Shown here piece after piece: positions 17,963 through 27,094 of a stretch of 53,968 nt of DNA. Under the pieces are notes generated by a model, which saw nothing but the letters and a program-made list of their open reading frames with translations, was not told the DNA's origin and searched no databases. Each line of letters opens with the position of its first letter. The stretch's first letter is position 1. The position numbers and the translations under genes are program-made. Source of the DNA: Bacteroidales bacterium (lineage in GTDB: Bacteria; Bacteroidota; Bacteroidia; Bacteroidales; F082); contig JAZOCI010000015.1 of assembly GCA_045596465.1 (NCBI GenBank), positions 1 to 53,968 on the forward strand, read 5' to 3'.

Positions 17963-18331
17963 ATGGCTTTGAATATTAAGCAAGAAAGATTCTGTCTTTT
18001 CTGTGGGAGACAGCTGTATGGACGAACTGATAAGAAGTATTGTGACGATAATTGTCGTAATAATCATCATTATGATATTAAAAAAAATAATGATGAGTCT
18101 GTTAAAAAAGTCAATGCTGTGTTGTTGCATAACAGAGATGTTTTGAGACTTCTTAATAATGGAAGTAGGTCTTTAGTAAAAAAGCAACTACTTATAAATC
18201 ATTGTTTTGACTTTGATGTTATAACTGGATTGTATAAGACCAAAAAAGGTATGGAATATCGTGTAGTGTATGACTACGCATATAGAAATGTGAATGAAGA
18301 TGATGTTTTGTTGATAAGGTTTCGTGAATAG
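17963..18331 (+). CDS. Hypothetical protein with N-terminal zinc-ribbon-like CxxC...CxxxC motif
   Basis: 122 aa (CLFCGRQLYGRTDKKYCDDNCRNNHH). Non-overlapping and co-directional with its neighbours. Confidence 0.5.
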   Translation: MALNIKQERFCLFCGRQLYGRTDKKYCDDNCRNNHHYDIKKNNDESVKKVNAVLLHNRDVLRLLNNGSRSLVKKQLLINHCFDFDVITGLYKTKKGMEYRVVYDYAYRNVNEDDVLLIRFRE

Positions 18332-18397
18332 TTCTGTATGGCGTAATTATAATTTGGGAAGAATTGTCTTTGTGGAATCTTTAAGTTTTGTTTTGTT

Positions 18398-19867
18398 ATG
18401 AAAAAAATAAGAAATAATATATCGTTGAGAATTTTGCCGATAGCGGTGATGACGGTGGCGGTGACGTCTTGTGATTCAAAATCAACTAAGGCACTAGATG
18501 TTGATACCAATGATTTTGATAAGAAGAATCCTAATATTATTTTTATTCTGGCAGATGATTTGGGATATGCGGATCTGTCGTGCATGGGACAGACGAAGTT
18601 CTCCACACCTAATATTGATAGTCTTGCTTCTCAGGGGATGATATTCACTCAGCATTATTCGGGTTCTTCGGTGAGTGCTCCGTCAAGGAGTTGTCTGATA
18701 ACGGGACAGCATACAGGACATACTGTCATACGAGGTAATAAGGAATTGCCTGTTGAAGGTCAGCATCCGATACCGGCAAATACTTATACCATTTTTAAAA
18801 TGCTGAAGGATAAAGGTTATAAGACATCGGTTTTTGGTAAATGGGGACTTGGAGCTCCTCATACAGAAGGCGCTCCTGAGAATCAAAATGTAGATGTGTT
18901 CTTTGGTTATAACTGCCAACGTCAGGCACATAATTATTATCCATATCATCTTTGGGATAATGATGAGAAAATTGTCTTGGAAGGTAATGTGGGAAAGAAT
19001 GAGAATGAGTATGCTCCGTATTTGATACATGATGAGGCGTTGGATTTTTTGCGAGATAATAAAGATACGACATTCTTTATGTGGTATACCTCGGTGCTTC
19101 CTCATGCTGAATTGAAAGTGCCTCGGCAGGAACTGGAGTTATTTGTGGGAAATCCTGAATTTGAAGATGAGAAGTCATACCAAGGTTGTGATGGCGGTGA
19201 ATATTATAAAAATGGAGGTTATGGTTCTCAACAATATACGCACGCTGCTTTCGCTGCAATGGTGTCTCTTCTTGATAGACAGATAGGTGAAATCTGCAGA
19301 ACTTTGGACAGTCTGGGTATTGCGGATAATACGATGATTATTTTTACTTCAGATAATGGACCTCATCAAGAAGGTGGTGCGGATCCAGATTTCTTCGATG
19401 GTAATGGAGAGCTCCGTGGCTATAAACGAGATCTCTATGAAGGTGGGATAAGAGTTCCTTTTATAGTTAAGTGGAATGATGTTGTAAAGGAGAATTATAA
19501 ATCAAATCACGTTTCTACTTTTTGGGATTTTATGCCTACGGTTGCAGAGATTGTCGGTGCAAAACTTCCTGATAATCTCGATGGTATTTCGTTTTTGAGG
19601 GAATTGAAAGGTGAAGGTGGACAACGGAAACATGATTATTTGTATTGGGAATTTCATGAGAATAATGGTCGCCAGGCTATAAGGAAAGGGGATTGGAAAG
19701 CGGTGAGGTATGATGTTCGTAACGATGGAAAGATAGAACTTTATGATTTGACGAAAGACGTTTCTGAACAGAGTGATCTTGCTGAACAATATCCTGATTT
19801 GGTAGCAGAATTCGACTCTCTTATGAAAGTGTCTCGGACAGAATCGGAATTGTTTAAGTTTTATTAA
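18398..19867 (+). CDS. Arylsulfatase-family lipoprotein (Ser-type formylglycine motif)
   Basis: 489 aa. Lipobox VAVTSC|DSK. Contains NIIFILADDLGY. Sulfatase signature SVSAPSRSCLITG has Ser at the FGly position. GKWHLG-like FGKWGLG is present. Confidence 0.9.
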   Translation: MKKIRNNISLRILPIAVMTVAVTSCDSKSTKALDVDTNDFDKKNPNIIFILADDLGYADLSCMGQTKFSTPNIDSLASQGMIFTQHYSGSSVSAPSRSCLITGQHTGHTVIRGNKELPVEGQHPIPANTYTIFKMLKDKGYKTSVFGKWGLGAPHTEGAPENQNVDVFFGYNCQRQAHNYYPYHLWDNDEKIVLEGNVGKNENEYAPYLIHDEALDFLRDNKDTTFFMWYTSVLPHAELKVPRQELELFVGNPEFEDEKSYQGCDGGEYYKNGGYGSQQYTHAAFAAMVSLLDRQIGEICRTLDSLGIADNTMIIFTSDNGPHQEGGADPDFFDGNGELRGYKRDLYEGGIRVPFIVKWNDVVKENYKSNHVSTFWDFMPTVAEIVGAKLPDNLDGISFLRELKGEGGQRKHDYLYWEFHENNGRQAIRKGDWKAVRYDVRNDGKIELYDLTKDVSEQSDLAEQYPDLVAEFDSLMKVSRTESELFKFY

Positions 19868-19879
19868 AGAAGATGTGAT

Positions 19880-21115
19880 ATGTCTGCAACATATAAAAAT
19901 ACGCTTACTTTTTCTGATGCAGTTAGGATTGCTAAGCCGTTGAGGTTTAATATGATGTTTAAACCTATCGGTTCTGTGTGTAATCTTAAATGTGACTATT
20001 GTTACTATCTCGATAAAATGAATCGGTATGATAAAGTTTATGCGATGCCATTGAATATTCTTGAAAAATGTATCAGAGAGTATTTGGAGGTTAATGATAG
20101 TGACGATGTTACGTTTGACTGGCATGGAGGAGAGCCGTTGTTGCTCGGTCTGGATTACTTTATGAAAATTGTGGAACTACAGAACAAATATAAAGGTAAG
20201 AAAAGAGTTTTTAATACTATTCAGACTAATGCTACTCTGCTTAATCATAATTTCGCTTCTTTCTTTAAGGATTTTAACTTTCTTGTTGGTGTTTCTATCG
20301 ATGGACCGCAATATGTTCATGATCAGTATAGAAAAGACAAGAATGAAGAGCCTACTTTTATGAAGGTGATGAATGGAATAGAGCTGCTGCATTATTATAG
20401 TGTCGATTTTAATACCTTGACAACGATAAGTAAAGCAGGTGAGGGTAAAGGATTGGAAGTCTATCAGTTCTTGAAAGATATAGGTAGTCGTTTTATGCAA
20501 TTTATGCCTGTCTATGAATGTCTTGATGTTGTAACAAATAACATAACATCTCCTGATTGTGAAGGGTCTGAACTCGCGCCTTGGTCGGTGAATCCTTTGG
20601 AATATGGGAAATTTATGTGTGATGTTTTTGACTATTGGGTAAAAAATGATGTGGGCGAATATTTTGTGAATCTTTTTGATTCTACTTTGGCAAATTATTG
20701 CGGCGTCAATCCCGGGACTTGTGTTTATTCTGAGACGTGTGGAGCTAATACTGTCGTTGAACATAATGGCGATATTTATCCTTGCGACCATTTTGTGTAT
20801 GAAAAATATAAGTTGGGAAATGTTAATGAAACCTCATTATATGACATTGTGAATTCGCAAAAGATGGCAGAATTCGGTATTGATAAAAGAAATGCTTTGC
20901 CTGATAAATGTCGGAAATGTGAATATTTTTTCACATGTCACGGAGAATGTCCTAAACATAGGTTTGATATTACCGGACAAGGCGAGTTTGGATTGAATTC
21001 GTTATGTGAGGGTTTGATGTGTTTTTTCTATCATGCTGAACCGTATATGAAAATTATGCGCGATTTGATTGCTGAAAATAAAGCTCCAAAAGATGTTATG
21101 AAAATGACGGTTTGA
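19880..21115 (+). CDS. Anaerobic sulfatase-maturating enzyme (radical SAM/SPASM)
   Basis: 411 aa. Radical-SAM CNLKCDYCYY. C-terminal SPASM cysteines CRKCEYFFTCHGECP. Adjacent to the sulfatase. Confidence 0.9.
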   Translation: MSATYKNTLTFSDAVRIAKPLRFNMMFKPIGSVCNLKCDYCYYLDKMNRYDKVYAMPLNILEKCIREYLEVNDSDDVTFDWHGGEPLLLGLDYFMKIVELQNKYKGKKRVFNTIQTNATLLNHNFASFFKDFNFLVGVSIDGPQYVHDQYRKDKNEEPTFMKVMNGIELLHYYSVDFNTLTTISKAGEGKGLEVYQFLKDIGSRFMQFMPVYECLDVVTNNITSPDCEGSELAPWSVNPLEYGKFMCDVFDYWVKNDVGEYFVNLFDSTLANYCGVNPGTCVYSETCGANTVVEHNGDIYPCDHFVYEKYKLGNVNETSLYDIVNSQKMAEFGIDKRNALPDKCRKCEYFFTCHGECPKHRFDITGQGEFGLNSLCEGLMCFFYHAEPYMKIMRDLIAENKAPKDVMKMTV

Positions 21116-21129
21116 ATGTTTGAAAAACG

Positions 21130-21137
21130 TATTTTTG
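21130..21137 (+). promoter_or_regulatory. -7 promoter box
   Basis: TATTTTTG lies 40 nt upstream of the ATG at 21178. Confidence 0.4.
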
Positions 21138-21177
21138 CAAGTGATTTTTTTATTTGGAAATTTAAAATAGAAATGTG

Positions 21178-21561
21178 ATGAAAATAGCTGTTCCTACAAG
21201 AGATGAACGTGTTGATGATCACTTCGGACATTGTGACCATTACACTATTTTTACAATTGAAGATAACAAAGTCGTTGGACGCGAAACAATGGCATCACCG
21301 CAAGGTTGTGGCTGTAAGTCGGGTGTGGCTGCTGATTTACAAGAAATAGGCGTTGTCATGATGCTCGCTGGTAATATGGGTGAAGGTGCGAAGTCTAAAC
21401 TCAACGCTCATAATATCAATGTGATCAGAGGCTGCTCTGGAAATGTAGATGAACTCGTGCAATCTTATCTCGAAGGTAAAATTGTCGATTCGGGACTGGG
21501 CTGCTCAGAACATGAATGCGGTGACCATCATAATCATGACGGAATCAAGTTGTTCGTCTAA
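21178..21561 (+). CDS. NifB/NifX-family (dinitrogenase FeMo-cofactor-binding fold) small protein with His/Cys-rich tail
   Basis: 127 aa from the ATG at 21178 (the track starts at a GTG at 21175). MKIAVPT...VDDHFGHCDHYTIF is typical of the family. C-terminal tail GCSEHECGDHHNHDG. Confidence 0.75.
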   Translation: MKIAVPTRDERVDDHFGHCDHYTIFTIEDNKVVGRETMASPQGCGCKSGVAADLQEIGVVMMLAGNMGEGAKSKLNAHNINVIRGCSGNVDELVQSYLEGKIVDSGLGCSEHECGDHHNHDGIKLFV

Positions 21562-21572
21562 AACTAAAAGTG

Positions 21573-21622
21573 TCAGAACTGCAAAGTTTTGAAATACGTG
21601 TGTTTGCAGTTCTGAACTTTTT
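21573..21622. terminator. Bidirectional intrinsic terminator
   Basis: TCAGAACTGCAAA - 17 nt - TTTGCAGTTCTGA (13-bp perfect arms) followed by ACTTTTT. Lies between convergent genes. Confidence 0.8.
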
Positions 21623-21626
21623 ATGT

Positions 21627-21845
21627 TTATTCTATTGTTATCTTGTAGCCTTCGAATTCGATGATGTCGCCTGAAATAATCTTGGCGCGTTTTCTCAATT
21701 CGACTTCTCCGTTGCGACGCACTAAACCTGCAGTTACAACATCTTGTGCCATGCTTCCTGATTCAACAACGCCAACGGCTTTCAATAAGGCGATCAATGG
21801 GATAAATTCATCGTCGTTTCTTAATTCAAATGTGATGTTTTGCAT
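21627..21845 (-). CDS. RNA-binding S4 domain protein (YbcJ-like)
   Basis: 72 aa. The I.L..LLK..G...SG..A...V..G.V..NGE.E.RKR.K...GD pattern is present. Confidence 0.7.
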   Translation of the reverse strand: MQNITFELRNDDEFIPLIALLKAVGVVESGSMAQDVVTAGLVRRNGEVELRKRAKIISGDIIEFEGYKITIE

Positions 21846-21913
21846 GATATTTTTTTAGTTTTATTTGGTCATTATCCGTCGGCAATTCATAATTCGTAAT
21901 TTTTCATTGTACA

Positions 21914-22681
21914 TTAAACGTAGATTTCCAATTCATCGTGAGCTAACATCATATTTTCGGGAAGCGTCGGATTGACATCGGCGGCTTTGCCCATGGAATG
22001 ACCGATGTGGGTGAACCATGCTTTTTTGACATTCAGTCTTTGAGCGATTTCTATAGCTTCCGAAAGTGAGATGTGAGAGTAATGCTTCTCGTGGCGTAAG
22101 GCTTCAATGATCAGATATTCAATGCCTTGTAACTTTTTAAATGCCTCTTCTGATAACTCGCTTAAATCAGTGACGTAAGCGAAATTGCCGATTCTAAATG
22201 CGTATGATGTTAATGTGAAGTGTTTTAATTTTATTGGTTCTATTGTTAATTCGTTGATTTTTATTGGGCTGTCGTTGATGTCGATGAGATTAAAAGTTGG
22301 TGCTCCGGGATATTTGTCACCTTTATCTGCAAAAGCGTAAGAATATTCTCTTTTTATTTCTTCTTGCGCTTTGGGCGAGGCGTAAACCGTCATAGGCTTT
22401 TTCTGTAAAAAAATGTAAGGCCTGACATCGTCCAAACCACCGATGTGATCTTTATGTTCGTGAGTTATCAAAATGGCATCTAATTTCTTGACTCCAGCTC
22501 TCAACATCTGGTAACGAAAGTCCGGACCTGCATCAACGCAAATCGTTGTCTCTTCTGTCTCGATTAAGATGGAAGTCCTTAAGCGCTTATCTCTCTTATC
22601 GTTAGAATGACAAACTTCGCAGTCGCAAGAAATGATGGGGACGCCTTGAGATGTGCCACTACCTAAAATTGTAATCTTCAT
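21914..22681 (-). CDS. MBL-fold metallo-hydrolase (PhnP-like)
   Basis: 255 aa. HxHxDH motif (THEHKDHIGG) and N-terminal GSGTSQGVP...C.C..C. Confidence 0.85.
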   Translation of the reverse strand: MKITILGSGTSQGVPIISCDCEVCHSNDKRDKRLRTSILIETEETTICVDAGPDFRYQMLRAGVKKLDAILITHEHKDHIGGLDDVRPYIFLQKKPMTVYASPKAQEEIKREYSYAFADKGDKYPGAPTFNLIDINDSPIKINELTIEPIKLKHFTLTSYAFRIGNFAYVTDLSELSEEAFKKLQGIEYLIIEALRHEKHYSHISLSEAIEIAQRLNVKKAWFTHIGHSMGKAADVNPTLPENMMLAHDELEIYV

Positions 22682-22702
22682 TTAAGCTACATTAAATTGT
22701 CG

Positions 22703-22710
22703 CAAATATA
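22703..22710 (-). promoter_or_regulatory. -7 promoter box for the MBL-fold gene
   Basis: Minus strand reads TATATTTG, 21 nt upstream of the ATG at 22681. Confidence 0.45.
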
Positions 22711-22754
22711 AACAAATATTAACAAAAAACGGTGAATAATTCATATTAAAAATG

Positions 22755-22762
22755 TATATTTG
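22755..22762 (+). promoter_or_regulatory. -7 promoter box
   Basis: TATATTTG lies inside the 5' end of the track ORF 22752..23324, which argues for the downstream ATG at 22782. Confidence 0.45.
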
Positions 22763-22781
22763 CATGTTAATACGTTTGGAG

Positions 22782-23324
22782 ATGTTAAAGTCTATAATAC
22801 TTTTTTTTAGAAAAAGAAAAATTCGTAATAATTTACAACATAAGTTGTTGCTGCAATTCCCTGATATAAATAAATTTCCTGTGATTTCTGTTTTGGTTGA
22901 TGAAAATCAAAAGAAGAATATTAAGGAAATGGAAATGTTTCTAAAACAGTCGTTTAATCCTAAGAGGTTGCGTTTCATTATTTTATCAGAAGTTTTGCCT
23001 GATAACATTCTTCAAAGTGATTTTATGGTTTGTGTCTTGAAGGAGGATTTTAACAGATTCGGCGTGTTGAAGAAAGAAAAGGAAGATGTGCTGAAAACTT
23101 TTTCTGATGATATTTTTATTAATTTGTCAGACAATAACGAAGATTTGATTAACGATTATATGGTGTCTTTCGTGAAGTCGTCATTTAAGATAGGTCATCC
23201 TAAGGTGAACATGGGACTGCATGATCTTGTGATAGATTATGGTATTGAAAAAAATGATGTCGAGAGATTGAAGATTTTGTATAAATATATTTTGATGTTA
23301 TCTGGAAATAGAAATGAAAAATAA
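22782..23324 (+). CDS. Hypothetical protein (start moved to 22782)
   Basis: 180 aa with no recognisable motif. Overlaps the dapA start by 11 nt, suggesting translational coupling. Confidence 0.5.
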   Translation: MLKSIILFFRKRKIRNNLQHKLLLQFPDINKFPVISVLVDENQKKNIKEMEMFLKQSFNPKRLRFIILSEVLPDNILQSDFMVCVLKEDFNRFGVLKKEKEDVLKTFSDDIFINLSDNNEDLINDYMVSFVKSSFKIGHPKVNMGLHDLVIDYGIEKNDVERLKILYKYILMLSGNRNEK

Positions 23325-24201
23325 TCCTTTTATCGGTACGGGAGTGGCGCTTGTAACTCCTTTTAATGAAGATTTTTCTGTTGATTATAAATCACTTGAA
23401 AATATAGTAGAGTTTACTTTGTCGAATGGAGCTGATTTTATGGTGGCTCTTGGAACTACTTCGGAAGCTCCGGTTCTTACGCTTGAGGAAAAAGATAAGG
23501 TTCTGAAAACCATAATTAAAGTCGCGAATAAACGTTGTCCTATACTTCTCGGTATGGGTGGTAATAATACGATGACATTGGTGGAAAATATTAAGAACCA
23601 GGACTTTAAAGGCGTCGATGGAATATTGAGCGTGGTTCCTTATTATAACAAGCCAAATCAAAGGGGAATGAAGTTGCATTTTGAGATGGTCGCCGATAAT
23701 TCGCCAGTTCCTGTCATATTGTATAATGTGCCTGGCAGGGTGGGTGTCAACCTTCAAGCATCAACATGTGTTGAACTCGCGAAACATAAAAATATCGTGG
23801 CTGTTAAAGAGGCTTCTGGTAACTTGCAGCAAATCATGGAGATACTTCGTGATAAGCCTGCCGATTTCGATGTGCTGTCTGGCGATGACAGCATTACGCA
23901 GCCTATGATGGCACTCGGTGCTAAGGGCGTTATTTCTGTTGCTGCTAATGGCTATCCGGATTTGTTCTGCAAGATGGTGACTTCGATGTTGAATGATGAT
24001 ACAAGAACAGCTCTTGAACTTCATTATAAAACATTGAAAATGAATAATCTTATCTTTGCGGACGGAAATCCTGCTGGAATAAAATACTTGATGTCTTTAC
24101 AGAAATTATGTAAAAATATATTAAGACTTCCTCTCGTAAGCGTCAATGAAAATGTTAAAATTGATTTAGAAAAAGAGCTTCCAGTGATGTATAATAAATG
24201 A
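23314..24201 (+). CDS. dapA: 4-hydroxy-tetrahydrodipicolinate synthase
   Basis: 295 aa. Contains GTGVALVTPF, GTTSE, YNVPGR, and KEASG (the active-site Lys region). Confidence 0.95.
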   Translation: MKNNPFIGTGVALVTPFNEDFSVDYKSLENIVEFTLSNGADFMVALGTTSEAPVLTLEEKDKVLKTIIKVANKRCPILLGMGGNNTMTLVENIKNQDFKGVDGILSVVPYYNKPNQRGMKLHFEMVADNSPVPVILYNVPGRVGVNLQASTCVELAKHKNIVAVKEASGNLQQIMEILRDKPADFDVLSGDDSITQPMMALGAKGVISVAANGYPDLFCKMVTSMLNDDTRTALELHYKTLKMNNLIFADGNPAGIKYLMSLQKLCKNILRLPLVSVNENVKIDLEKELPVMYNK

Positions 24202-25865
24202 AGAAGTTAATATTTTTTATATTTCTTTTTTCAGTCTCATTGCACCTTTCATCTCAAAATGACGAACTTTATTCTTTAATGAAAGAACGTGATGAATTCT
24301 ATTTCAGTTTTGAAGTGGATGATCTTGTAAGCCTGAATGAAATGTCTAAAATCGTATCAATAGATATGATAAATGGAAATGTGGTTACGGCTTATGCTGA
24401 TTATAATCAATATCGTAGCTTTGTAAGATTCGGCTATGCAATAAAATTGCAGACGCCTCCGTCAATGAAATATGACTTCGAAATGTTTGATGGAAAAACG
24501 AGGTTAGAGTATGAATGGGACGAATATCCAACTTACGAAGCCTATGTGGCGATGATGCGAGAATTTGCTGACGAGTATCCCGACAAATGTTCATTGATGG
24601 AGTTGTGTGCTTTGGAAAGCGGTCGTAAGATATTGATAATTCGATTGAATAATGGAGATGCGACTTATAAACCGAAAGTGTTGTTGGCATCTACTATTCA
24701 TGGTGATGAGCTTGTCGGTTATGTCATGATGCTCCGTTTGATAAATGAGATGCTTACAAATGAAATAAATCCGGTCGTGAATAATATTATGCAAAATGTG
24801 GATTTGTTTATTTGCCCTAATGCTAATCCTGATGGAACTTATCATGATGGAAATCATACGGTTAAAGGAGCTACACGTTCTAATGCATTCGGAGTGGATA
24901 TGAATAGGAATTATCCCGACTCAGAAGAAGGTCCGCATCCTGATGATAAAGATTATGCTTTTGAAACAGAATGTTTTATGCAGTTGGCAGAAGATTTTGA
25001 CTTCACTCTTGCGGCGCATTTTCATGGAGGCGCAGAAGTGGTGAATTATCCTTGGGATAACACTTATTCCCGTCACGTCGATGATGAATGGTGGAAGATG
25101 ATAAGCCGACAATACGTGGATATAGTTCATGAAATGAATTCTAATTATATGATAGACAGGGATAACGGAATTACAAATGGTTCCGATTGGTATGTGGTTT
25201 ATGGCGGTCGTCAGGATTACATGAATTATTACCATCAATGTCGTGAAATTACAATAGAATGTTCTACGGTGAAATGCCCGCCGGCATCTGAATTGCCACT
25301 GTATTGGGAATATAATTACAATTCTATTTTTTCTTTTGTGAATCAGGTGCTGTTTGGTATTCACGGAGTTGTGACAGATTTTAAAACGGGATTACCTTTG
25401 GAATCGACAATAAGGATTCTTAATCACGACATGGATTATTCTGTGGTGAAATCACGATTGTCTGACGGAAGTTTCTATCGCCCGATAAAATCAGGAAAAT
25501 ATCTCGTTGAGATTTTATGCGATGGTTATAAGACAGAATATCAGGAAATTACAATTGAAGATAATGAGAGGAAATATTTGGATATAAAGCTTTATAAGAA
25601 TAATGAGTCGTGTTTTGATGTTGATTGTGAAAATAAATTAATAGAAATAGTAAATTTAACAGACGATATTATTTCTGTGAAAAGTGAATATTTTTTTGGA
25701 AATATAGAATGGAATCTCTTGAATATGCAGTCGCAGATTGTTAAAAAATCTTATGAAATATCAAAAGAATTTAACATAAATGTATCGGATTTAGACGCAG
25801 GATTTTATCTTTTGAAAGTGAGTTATGACGGTAAACAAGAAGTGAAGAAAATTGTTGTTAGATAA
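24198..25865 (+). CDS. M14-family zinc carboxypeptidase with T9SS-type C-terminal domain
   Basis: 555 aa with a signal peptide. HxxE Zn motif (STIHGDELVG), NANPDG and NRN. C-terminal beta-rich tail ...GFYLLKVSYDGKQEVKKIVVR. The start overlaps the dapA stop (ATGA). Confidence 0.85.
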   Translation: MKKLIFFIFLFSVSLHLSSQNDELYSLMKERDEFYFSFEVDDLVSLNEMSKIVSIDMINGNVVTAYADYNQYRSFVRFGYAIKLQTPPSMKYDFEMFDGKTRLEYEWDEYPTYEAYVAMMREFADEYPDKCSLMELCALESGRKILIIRLNNGDATYKPKVLLASTIHGDELVGYVMMLRLINEMLTNEINPVVNNIMQNVDLFICPNANPDGTYHDGNHTVKGATRSNAFGVDMNRNYPDSEEGPHPDDKDYAFETECFMQLAEDFDFTLAAHFHGGAEVVNYPWDNTYSRHVDDEWWKMISRQYVDIVHEMNSNYMIDRDNGITNGSDWYVVYGGRQDYMNYYHQCREITIECSTVKCPPASELPLYWEYNYNSIFSFVNQVLFGIHGVVTDFKTGLPLESTIRILNHDMDYSVVKSRLSDGSFYRPIKSGKYLVEILCDGYKTEYQEITIEDNERKYLDIKLYKNNESCFDVDCENKLIEIVNLTDDIISVKSEYFFGNIEWNLLNMQSQIVKKSYEISKEFNINVSDLDAGFYLLKVSYDGKQEVKKIVVR

Positions 25866-25923
25866 ATGTGATTTTTTGATAATATTTTATTGAAAAAGAC
25901 GTTTTTTGAACGATAAAAAAATG

Positions 25924-25931
25924 TATTTTTG
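25924..25931 (+). promoter_or_regulatory. -7 promoter box for bamD
   Basis: TATTTTTG lies inside the track ORF's 5' extension, which favours the ATG at 25936. Confidence 0.45.
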
Positions 25932-25935
25932 CAAC

Positions 25936-26745
25936 ATGCTAAAGAATAAGTTTTTCATATTGATAGGTGTGGTGTTTTTGATGGTTTTTGTGTCGTGTAA
26001 CAAGCATGCACAAATTCTTAAAAGCACTGATAATGAATATAAATATAGCGCTGCGAAATATTATTATGGTCAAAAGGACTATAACAGGGCGTTGCAACTG
26101 TTCGATGTTTTGCAGGCGGCTTACAGAGGTAAGCCTCAAGGTGAGGAAATAGCGTATCTCACGGCAGAGTGTTATTACAATATGAAAGACTATAACATTG
26201 CAAGTCATTATTATAAACGTTATGCGGTAAATTATCCGTTCGCACAGAATGTGGAATCGGCACTTTTCAGAAGCGCGTGCTGTTATTATATGGAGTCGCC
26301 GAGTATTGAACTCGACCAAGAGGATTCTTTTATGGCAATCAAAGAGTTCCAGAGTTTTATAAACCTTTATCCGCAAAGTTCTTATGTCGATAGCGCAAAC
26401 CGTCTGATTGATACACTGCGTTATAAAATCGTGGAAAAAGATTTCAATACTTGTATGTTGTACTATAAAATGGAAGAATATCAGGCGGCTATAACAAGTT
26501 TTGAAAGCTTCCTTAAAGATAATCCTACGACAAGTCATCGTGAGGAAATTATCAATTACATGGTTCTGACATATTGCAAATATGCGGAAAAAAGCGTCGC
26601 TATGAAACAAAGAGAACGTTATGAGTTGGCGTTAGAAAAATATAACACGTTGATTTACATGTATCCAGATAGTAAATATATATCAGAATTGGAACCTGTA
26701 GTGGAAAAAGTTAAATTAGAATTATCAAATATAAAAACTAAATAA
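25936..26745 (+). CDS. bamD: Outer membrane protein assembly factor BamD (start moved to 25936)
   Basis: About 269 aa. Lipoprotein-type signal (FLMVFVSC|NK). TPR-like repeats (YYYGQKDYNRALQLF, ECYYNMKDYNIASHYY). Conserved synteny with rpoZ-coaBC. Confidence 0.85.
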   Translation: MLKNKFFILIGVVFLMVFVSCNKHAQILKSTDNEYKYSAAKYYYGQKDYNRALQLFDVLQAAYRGKPQGEEIAYLTAECYYNMKDYNIASHYYKRYAVNYPFAQNVESALFRSACCYYMESPSIELDQEDSFMAIKEFQSFINLYPQSSYVDSANRLIDTLRYKIVEKDFNTCMLYYKMEEYQAAITSFESFLKDNPTTSHREEIINYMVLTYCKYAEKSVAMKQRERYELALEKYNTLIYMYPDSKYISELEPVVEKVKLELSNIKTK

Positions 26746-27081
26746 ATGGATTTCAAAAAAGTTAATACCGAGACAACTTGTGTTACTCGTCAGAAAGACC
26801 AATTTTATGTTGGCACAGGAAACATCTACGAAACAGTAGCTATCATGTCAAAGAGATCTGACCAAATTGCTGCCGAAATGAAAGAGGAACTCTACAAGAA
26901 AATTGAAGAGTACACAACAAACAACGATAGTTTGGAAGAAGTTTTCGAAAACAAAGAACAAATTGAAGTGGCTAAATATTATGAGAGATTGCCAAAATCT
27001 ACATTGATAGCAGTCAATGAATTTTTGAATGACAAGATTTATTATCGTAACCCTAACAAGGAAAACGGTAATGATTTCTAA
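26746..27081 (+). CDS. rpoZ: DNA-directed RNA polymerase subunit omega (Bacteroidota long form)
   Basis: 111 aa. GNIYETVAIMSKRSDQI matches the omega core. C-terminal EEVFENKEQIEVAKYYERLPKSTLIA is typical of Bacteroidales rpoZ. Lies between bamD and coaBC. Confidence 0.8.
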   Translation: MDFKKVNTETTCVTRQKDQFYVGTGNIYETVAIMSKRSDQIAAEMKEELYKKIEEYTTNNDSLEEVFENKEQIEVAKYYERLPKSTLIAVNEFLNDKIYYRNPNKENGNDF

Positions 27082-27094
27082 ATAATTAGCAACA

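Noticed and set aside
19502-20791. Long minus-strand ORFs (19502..20125, 207 aa; 20177..20791, 204 aa) antisense to the sulfatase and anSME genes. Similar antisense ORFs occur at 25939..26610, 38199..38912, 43300..43773, 14784..15230 and 24921..25364.
   Set aside because: All lie entirely within well-supported sense genes. Their products are low-complexity, I/F/K/N-rich and Cys/His-scattered, as expected from reading AT-rich coding DNA backwards. None has a promoter box or recognisable motifs.
21175-21561. NifX-like gene as evidence of nitrogen fixation.
   Set aside because: No nifHDK or nifEN genes are nearby. Stand-alone PF02579-type proteins are common in anaerobes that do not fix nitrogen.
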